This document shows positions 59,201 through 64,000 of a DNA stretch of 64,000 bases, piece by piece. The translations under genes were made by a program, and so were the position numbers. The notes beneath the pieces were generated by a model. It ran no database searches, was not told the origin of the DNA, and saw only the letters and a program-made list of their open reading frames with translations. The DNA is from Clostridia bacterium. GTDB taxonomy: Bacteria > Bacillota > Clostridia > Christensenellales > QALW01. How positions within the stretch are numbered: the stretch's first letter is position 1; every line of letters starts with the position of its first letter. The stretch covers positions 38,433-102,432 of the forward strand of contig JAZRTX010000030.1 of NCBI GenBank assembly GCA_045652205.1, given 5' to 3'.

Positions 59201-59355
59201 TAGTTAATAGTTAAGGTTGCACCAAGATCAAGGGTTGCGCCCTCAAACTGATACTTTTGGTTTGAGCTATCCTGTTGGGCAAAAGTAATCATTGAAAATG
59301 ACGACATAGTTAATACCATAACTGCAATCATCAATGCGCTTAAAATCTTTTTCAT
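56206..59355 (-). CDS. secreted multidomain protein: unknown N-terminal module, CBM-like domain, DUF5060/DUF4038 (GH140-like) catalytic region
   Basis: 1049 aa with a signal peptide. Residues 36-318 are paralogous to residues 1050-1335 of the giant protein (TGINPQCM, NYGAEAQ). Residues 495-950 carry FWDGDNVWRVRF and YADGTPFFYLGDTHW. The promoter TTGATT-17-TATAAT lies upstream at about 59405-59435. Confidence 0.85.
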   Translation of the reverse strand: MKKILSALMIAVMVLTMSSFSMITFAQQDSSNQKYQFEGATLDLGATLTINYYAKADAGYKVQFTMNGKTRTVDGDYDSKMGLYKFAFTGINPQCMNDIVDAKLLDANGQEIDSYNGYSVRQYCNNMASTTAKENNFTQVQHNAMLRLLADTLNYGAEAQLYQNYKTNTLANSEPWVMQNESSFKIPQGIKEVKGNQDTDGQIKSASLSISNVNNIYFRLVLNSEDVVITLNNKVIDRSQLKLDDDGTYLLYTEDLTATQFDKEFKLVLSKNGQEISNARYNLKAFVQSKHASESVGGISKALSNYGDSAVYYIKAISKDLDLDFDLGYGELLTDNVIPELASTFDYAISPEAVDWFVPAGWNTTMSFVDDGNGGKALAFTIGESYESAMFNIAPYVKPGKYAVSFRYKVIGEATFNTTIRMDVNTPHPSFDNIVQPVGNNVWGKFNETFTLSENDAYNSLDFCMHGIFGSGTICIDDFTVVYLPPETEKLVTETETWIANEMTFIANNVVADPLNTRTFDVEFTNGHQTFNMPGFWDGDNVWRVRFALPSEGTWTYKTIFSDTTDSGLHNKTGKITVEEYLGDLDIYKHGFVKTEPDTRYFMYADGTPFFYLGDTHWSMLSEEFDSAGARAGNIETDSHFKYIVDKRVEQGFTVYQSEPIGASFDLSDGLDASDIKGFKAADKYFKYIADKGLVHANSQFFFTSEMNQVVMKNYTKAQYEKLLDTLSRYWIARFGAYPVMYTLAQEVDNDYYYNRDDSNTTMTSSNNPWKFVCESLYKYDPYKNPISAHQEAAEHNINDINNNRYNETAASNSAFRDVTGHTWWATQWKAKLNDTFDYSILKDYWNNGKGKPIVSYEGNYEGYWTNEYGARAQGWVAFLNGMVGHGYGAIDMWMYNANFDSEPEISRNGVTISAATKRTHWGTSIEYATGYQMGYMREFFENYQWWKLTPAFDDSNKISKSASHFSLASIGNDLYIAYIFDGIANRGTTNTGTIKGLDSTAQYTYQWFNPRTGEISQAQAVNKTNNTQFRIGSRPTAEDWVLVVQKVK

Positions 59356-59528
59356 AATAAAATTCTCTCCTTTTTTACACAGGGATAATTACTCTATAAT
59401 ATTATACCATTTCTCAGTGCGCAAATCAATCATAAGAAAAAACCAAAAAATTATAAAAAATTATCACCAAGAATTCTTTATCACGTACCGTTGACGATTT
59501 TTTATTTTTATTGTAATATGTTTACTGG

Positions 59529-60005
59529 GTGAATAAAATGCAGTATCTTATCAATAAAAGCGCTGATTCAAAAAAAGAAGCAAAACTTCTTGCTATTTCA
59601 TTAGGAAAATCGGTGCTTAACAAGGATATAAAAATTGAATACGTTGATAGCGGAAAACCTTATATCAAAGATAGTTCCTACGATATCAGCATCAGCCATT
59701 CAAAAGATATGGCTTTGGTTGCAATTAACGAAGATGCAGTTGGCGTTGATATTGAAGTAATCCGTCCGTTTAACAAAAAGCTTATAAAAACGTATTTTTC
59801 TTTAAATGAAATCGCATTTATTGACAGTGATGAAAAGTTTTTTACCATTTGGACAGTTAAAGAAGCCTATTTAAAACTAACAGGTGTTGGGCTTAAAGGT
59901 ATCAAAAAATTAAACGTGGTAACCGACGGTAAAATCAAGATTGACGGCTATAATATTTTAACAAAAGCGGAAAACGGTTACGTTTTTTCAATAGTATATA
60001 AATAA
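59529..60005 (+). CDS. 4'-phosphopantetheinyl transferase superfamily protein (short Sfp-like)
   Basis: 158 aa with GKPYI, ISISHSKD.ALVA, VGVDIE and FTIWTVKEAYLKLTG motifs. The start is GTG 59529 or ATG 59538. The promoter TTGACG-17-TAATAT begins at 59491. Confidence 0.8.
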   Translation: MNKMQYLINKSADSKKEAKLLAISLGKSVLNKDIKIEYVDSGKPYIKDSSYDISISHSKDMALVAINEDAVGVDIEVIRPFNKKLIKTYFSLNEIAFIDSDEKFFTIWTVKEAYLKLTGVGLKGIKKLNVVTDGKIKIDGYNILTKAENGYVFSIVYK

Positions 60006-60035
60006 AAGAACCTGCGTTTTGCAGGTTCTTTTTTT
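60004..60035. terminator. bidirectional intrinsic terminator
   Basis: AAAAGAACCTGC-gtttt-GCAGGTTCTTTTTTT, lying between the convergent PPTase and GH127 genes. Confidence 0.85.
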
Positions 60036-61998
60036 ACCAGTATTTTTTTGTAGGAAGCCAACATGCGTAACGGGAATCTTCACGCCACGTTTTACCTGCG
60101 GAAGAATAATCTATTACAGTAAAGGTTTTATTATCCTTTGTTGGCACCTGATATTCTACTATTGTGTTAAAGGTTGCTTTATCGGATTCTGTAAGCAGAA
60201 CGTAACCATCTTCATCATAATCAACCAAAACAGCTTCATCAACAGTTCCATCAAGGCGTGCATCGCGGGCTAAAACAAGCGGTCCGCGCAAAAGTGCAAT
60301 ATGGAACATTGCTTCAGGTGATTGGTAAACAACCTGTGGGGTAATATAATTCTGCAACCAATGAATACCAAGCATTACAACGTCTTTTTCAAATTTAACA
60401 GGATGCATAACACGGGTACGCATATCAAGAATAACGGTTATTTTATCTCCGTTTTGCCATAAGCGTTTAATATCGGTATATCCTTTTGTTACTTCTATGC
60501 TTTCGCCGTTAACAAAAAGCGCAGTTTGTTTGCTCCAATCAGGTATCCTTAAAGAAATTTCAAAATCTTCCGTCTGTTCAACAGAAACATCAATCTGAAC
60601 CGTTGCTTCTTTGGGATATTCTGTTTTAAAGTTAAGGGTAAGGGGATTATTTAAGGGCGTTACGGTTTTTGTTGTGCCGTTAATATAAAGATTTACCGCT
60701 ATACCCGTATTTTTAACGTTGGTTGCAATTTTATGTACCATACCGATACCTGCCGCACCAATGCAGGCGCAACATCCGTAATAGTGGTTATCGGGCATAA
60801 CCTTTAAACCGCCTACTCCCCTACCCCTTGTGTTTGGTGTTAAAGAAGAATAACTATCAAAAGGCAAAGGAATTAAAACAGCTTCGGGATATTTTGTTAA
60901 AACGTGTTCATCAACAATTTTTTCAGTATTCACCGCACCTAAATATGCGTTATAAAAAGATTGTTCAAATAAATCTGCAAATTCGCTTTCACCTGTTAAA
61001 AGTAAAAGTTGCATACAAAACTTCATCCACGTTACAGTTACACAGGTTTCCTGCATAATGCCTTGCAACTTAGGATCAGTCTGCCTTAAAGCAGAATGGT
61101 CAAAATATTCGTGAACACAACCTGCCGTACCGATAATGGTTATATCGGTTTTTGCCAATCGCCTTGCAAAATTTATTGCGGCAGTTTTCCATTTTTCTTC
61201 TTTTGTTACCCTGTAATATTCTAAAAGACCTTCAAAGCATGAAATAGTTTCGTAGGCTTTCACGATGGGATACTGATAAGGGTCGGTTTTATCTTCGTAG
61301 GCAAGCTCAAAAATGTTTGCAATTTCTGCACCGCCTGAAGAAACAATATGCGTTGCAAAATCTAAAAATCTCTGCTCGTTTGTTAAAACGTAAAGCCTTA
61401 CAACAGGCTCTAAAATAGAAGATGAGTTTACACCGCGCCAGAAATTTGAAGTTCTTGTAATAGGCATTTTGCCTTCTTCATTGCCTATTTTAGAAATCAG
61501 ATAATCCACCTGTTTTATCATAGATTCAACGATACATTCGTTCAGTTGCACATCTGTGCATATTTCCATAAAATACTGCAAACCTAAAAGAACGTACTTT
61601 CTTGACCAGATATCCCAACCGTTGAGTTCCAAATGAACGGGATATGAGCTTATTCTGCCCAAAGAATCCATTGTTGAAAGCATATCTTTAACAGTTTCAG
61701 TTAAAATATCATACAGTTTTTGATTATTTGTATAAGAATACACAAAACAAGCACCGCGCATCATTTTGCCCCAGTATTCACCGCGCCAACCGTTATCGGT
61801 ATCGGATAAAATGCGGAACTGATCAACAAAACGCGCCCAGTCTTCTACATTAAAAAGTTGAAATTCTTCAATAAAATTATACGTTTCATCAACTATGCCT
61901 GTAAAATGGCTTTCGCTATTTTCATCAATAAATAATTTATCCGTTTGCGTACGAATAAAATTAACTGAATTTTTTTTATACAAATTGTTTATACCCAT
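60034..61998 (-). CDS. glycoside hydrolase family 127 (DUF1680, beta-L-arabinofuranosidase-like)
   Basis: 654 aa with WRGEYWGKMMRGA, ETCVT and YYGCCACIG (Cys-rich metal/catalytic site pattern of GH127). No signal peptide. Confidence 0.8.
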   Translation of the reverse strand: MGINNLYKKNSVNFIRTQTDKLFIDENSESHFTGIVDETYNFIEEFQLFNVEDWARFVDQFRILSDTDNGWRGEYWGKMMRGACFVYSYTNNQKLYDILTETVKDMLSTMDSLGRISSYPVHLELNGWDIWSRKYVLLGLQYFMEICTDVQLNECIVESMIKQVDYLISKIGNEEGKMPITRTSNFWRGVNSSSILEPVVRLYVLTNEQRFLDFATHIVSSGGAEIANIFELAYEDKTDPYQYPIVKAYETISCFEGLLEYYRVTKEEKWKTAAINFARRLAKTDITIIGTAGCVHEYFDHSALRQTDPKLQGIMQETCVTVTWMKFCMQLLLLTGESEFADLFEQSFYNAYLGAVNTEKIVDEHVLTKYPEAVLIPLPFDSYSSLTPNTRGRGVGGLKVMPDNHYYGCCACIGAAGIGMVHKIATNVKNTGIAVNLYINGTTKTVTPLNNPLTLNFKTEYPKEATVQIDVSVEQTEDFEISLRIPDWSKQTALFVNGESIEVTKGYTDIKRLWQNGDKITVILDMRTRVMHPVKFEKDVVMLGIHWLQNYITPQVVYQSPEAMFHIALLRGPLVLARDARLDGTVDEAVLVDYDEDGYVLLTESDKATFNTIVEYQVPTKDNKTFTVIDYSSAGKTWREDSRYACWLPTKKYW

Positions 61999-62109
61999 AA
62001 AAAAGTTCCTTTCTTAATACACACGTTAATTTTAACATTTAAAAGTCTTATCGTCAATATGTATTCTGTTTTTTTATAGTACAAAATTAACCTGTCTTAT
62101 ATAAAATGA

Positions 62110-62138
62110 TTGCAAAACAAGTTTGTTTCTGTTATAAT
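62110..62138 (+). promoter_or_regulatory. sigma-A promoter of glyA
   Basis: TTGCAA, a 17-nt spacer, then TATAAT, 35 nt upstream of the ATG. Confidence 0.6.
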
Positions 62139-62173
62139 ACTAAAAAATAATTATTTGTTTTTGAGGTATAAAA

Positions 62174-63415
62174 ATGTTTTACGATGAGCTTATGAATTAC
62201 GATGCTGAGGTGTATGCTTCCTGCAAGAAAGAATTTGACCGTCAGCAATTCAACATTGAATTGATTGCTTCTGAAAACGTTGTTTCAAAAGCAGTGCTTT
62301 TAGCAGCAGGCACTCCCCTTACTAACAAGTACGCAGAAGGCTATCCTGCAAAACGTTACTACGGTGGTTGCCAATTTGTTGACGAAGTTGAAGAACTTGC
62401 AAGAGAAAGGGCTAAAAAGCTTTTTGGCGCAGAGCATGCTAACGTTCAGCCACATTGTGGTGCAAGTGCAAACCTTGCAGTTTTCTTTGCGCTTTTAAAT
62501 CCCGGGGACACTGTTCTTTCAATGTCCTTAGCAGAAGGCGGACATCTTTCCCACGGTTCTCCCGTAAACATTTCAGGTAAATATTTTAACATCGTACCTT
62601 ACGGTGTAAACGAACAAACACAAACCATTGATTACGATTTAGTTGAAAAGCTCGCGTTAGAAAACAAACCCAAGCTTATTCTTGCAGGCGCATCTGCTTA
62701 TCCAAGAAAGATAGATTTTAAGCGTTTCAGAGAAATTGCCGACAAGGTTGGCGCTTACTTTATGGTTGATATGGCGCATATTGCAGGCCTTGTTGCCGCA
62801 GGCGTGCACGAATCACCTGTTCCCTATGCCCACGTTGTTACAACCACAACACATAAAACTCTTCGCGGACCACGTGGTGGTATGATTTTATGCAAAGAAG
62901 AGCTTGCAAAGCAGATTGATAAAGCAATATTCCCCGGAACTCAGGGCGGACCTTTGATGCACATTATCGCAGCAAAGGCAGTTGCTTTTGGTGAAGCTTT
63001 AACCCCTGAATTCAAAGAATATCAACAGCAGATCGCAAAAAATGCACAGGCGCTTGCTAACGCTTTAATAGAAGAAGGCTTTAACCTTGTTTCAGGCGGA
63101 ACTGACAATCATCTTATGCTTATTGACCTTCGCAACTTTAATTTAACAGGTAAAGAATTTGAGCGTATGCTTGACGAGGTTCACATTACTGCAAACAAAA
63201 ACGCTATTCCCGCTGATCCACAAAGCCCATTTATCACAAGCGGTATCCGTATCGGTACGCCCGCTGTTACAAGCCGTGGTTTCAAGGAAGAAGAAATGAA
63301 GAAAATTGCGCACTGGCTTAAACTTTGCGCAGTTGATTTTGCGCAAAATAAGGACCTTGTGCTTAATGAAGTAGTGGAACTTTGCAAAAAATTCCCAATT
63401 TATAAAGAAAATTAA
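62174..63415 (+). CDS. glyA: serine hydroxymethyltransferase
   Basis: 413 aa with the PLP-lysine motif [14 protein letters not shown]. Confidence 0.96.
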   Translation: MFYDELMNYDAEVYASCKKEFDRQQFNIELIASENVVSKAVLLAAGTPLTNKYAEGYPAKRYYGGCQFVDEVEELARERAKKLFGAEHANVQPHCGASANLAVFFALLNPGDTVLSMSLAEGGHLSHGSPVNISGKYFNIVPYGVNEQTQTIDYDLVEKLALENKPKLILAGASAYPRKIDFKRFREIADKVGAYFMVDMAHIAGLVAAGVHESPVPYAHVVTTTTHKTLRGPRGGMILCKEELAKQIDKAIFPGTQGGPLMHIIAAKAVAFGEALTPEFKEYQQQIAKNAQALANALIEEGFNLVSGGTDNHLMLIDLRNFNLTGKEFERMLDEVHITANKNAIPADPQSPFITSGIRIGTPAVTSRGFKEEEMKKIAHWLKLCAVDFAQNKDLVLNEVVELCKKFPIYKEN

Positions 63416-63503
63416 CAAATTGCCTTTAGTTTTTACTTTACAAAAAAGCTAAAGGCGATTATCATATTATACAATATAATTTTTTAAAAAAGGAGATAAT
63501 ATT

Positions 63504-64000
63504 ATGGCATCATTCTTTAATGAAGCATCCCACACTTTTAATGAATATTTGCTTGTGCCCGGTTATTCTGACAGCACCTGCATTCCACAGAACGTTAGCC
63601 TTAAAACGCCCCTTGTTAAATTTAAAAAAGGTGAAAAGCCTGCTATTGAAATGAACATTCCTATGGTTTCAGCAATCATGCAGTCCGTTTCAGGCGATAG
63701 ATTAGCAGTTGCCCTTGCAAGAGAAGGTGGCGTATCATTTATTTACGGCTCACAGTCCATTGAAGATGAAGCAGCAATGGTTGCCCGCGCAAAAGGTTAT
63801 AAGGCAGGCTTTGTAAAAAGCGATTCTAACCTTTCTCCTGAAGCTACGCTTAAGGACGTTTTAGCGCTTAAAGAAGCAACAAACCATTCAACAGTTGCTA
63901 TTACCGAAGACGGCACACCTAACGGCAAGCTTGTTGGTATCGTTACAGGCAGGGATTACCGTGTAAGCCGTATGAGCCAAGATCTTAAGGTTACTGATTT
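63504..64000 (+). CDS. guaB: IMP dehydrogenase, 5' part only (runs off the right edge)
   Basis: ATG 63504 with AGGAG upstream. [22 protein letters not shown]...[13 protein letters not shown]...[11 protein letters not shown] matches the IMPDH N-terminus entering the CBS region. Confidence 0.88.
   Translation, partial: MASFFNEASHTFNEYLLVPGYSDSTCIPQNVSLKTPLVKFKKGEKPAIEMNIPMVSAIMQSVSGDRLAVALAREGGVSFIYGSQSIEDEAAMVARAKGYKAGFVKSDSNLSPEATLKDVLALKEATNHSTVAITEDGTPNGKLVGIVTGRDYRVSRMSQDLKVTD

Noticed and set aside
523-63418. Numerous 60-140-aa antisense ORFs in the track inside purL, purD, carB, pyrB, the giant CAZyme genes, glyA and others
   Set aside because: These are shadow ORFs on the strand opposite long, well-conserved genes. 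None has a recognisable RBS or motif.
63420-63460. Hairpin GCCTTTAG...CTAAAGGC after glyA as a terminator or guaB riboswitch
   Set aside because: It has an 8-bp stem with a 19-nt loop and no U-tract, and no purine-aptamer features. The evidence is insufficient to call either.

Overview
Chromosomal segment of a low-GC Firmicute (Clostridia-like codon usage, GGAGG-type RBSs, sporulation genes ytfI/ytfJ), with about 85% of genes on the minus strand. All homology calls are from my reading of the translated ORFs; no searches were run.

Gene content, left to right:
- (1) A nine-gene purine operon, purE-purF-purM-purN-purO(like)-purH-purD-purL, read on the minus strand. It is driven by a consensus sigma-A promoter and a ZTP (pfl-motif) riboswitch with a terminator expression platform.
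- (2) An eight-gene pyrimidine operon, pyrC-carB-pyrK-pyrD-pyrF-pyrE-pyrB-pyrI, with a terminator-containing leader.
- (3) A D-2-hydroxyacid dehydrogenase gene.
- (4) A long co-directional block: a Na+-translocating biotin decarboxylase (gamma, BCCP, beta, alpha), a flavoprotein, cmk, plsC and an ispH-S1 fusion.
- (5) rluB, a D-Ala-D-Ala carboxypeptidase, ytfJ and ytfI.
- (6) An accessory carbohydrate block: metallophosphoesterase, GH42-like/GHL6 hydrolase, and a translationally coupled operon of a short glycyl-radical enzyme, its activase and a GH36 raffinose-synthase-like protein.
- (7) tRNA-Pro(CGG) followed by scars of its own 3' end.
- (8) A seven-fold zinc-ribbon repeat protein with a central Vsr/DUF559-like nuclease core, then a nitroreductase.
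- (9) A LacI-controlled ketose-epimerase / FucI-like isomerase pair, then tkt.
- (10) Three very large secreted multidomain CAZyme-like proteins (GH140-like, GH99/WbsX-like, CBM-like, BspA-LRR), a small PPTase and a GH127.
- (11) glyA and the start of guaB.

No CRISPR array, transposase, integrase or recognisable defence operon is visible.

Best candidates for something undescribed:
- the short (685 aa) eliminase-type glycyl-radical enzyme wired to glycosidases;
- the zinc-ribbon/nuclease repeat protein beside tRNA-derived att-like scars;
- two unexplained structured non-coding regions (17.6 kb and 26.8-27.1 kb);
- two anomalies in the pur operon: an in-frame TAG in purH, and a PurF lacking the N-terminal nucleophile Cys.
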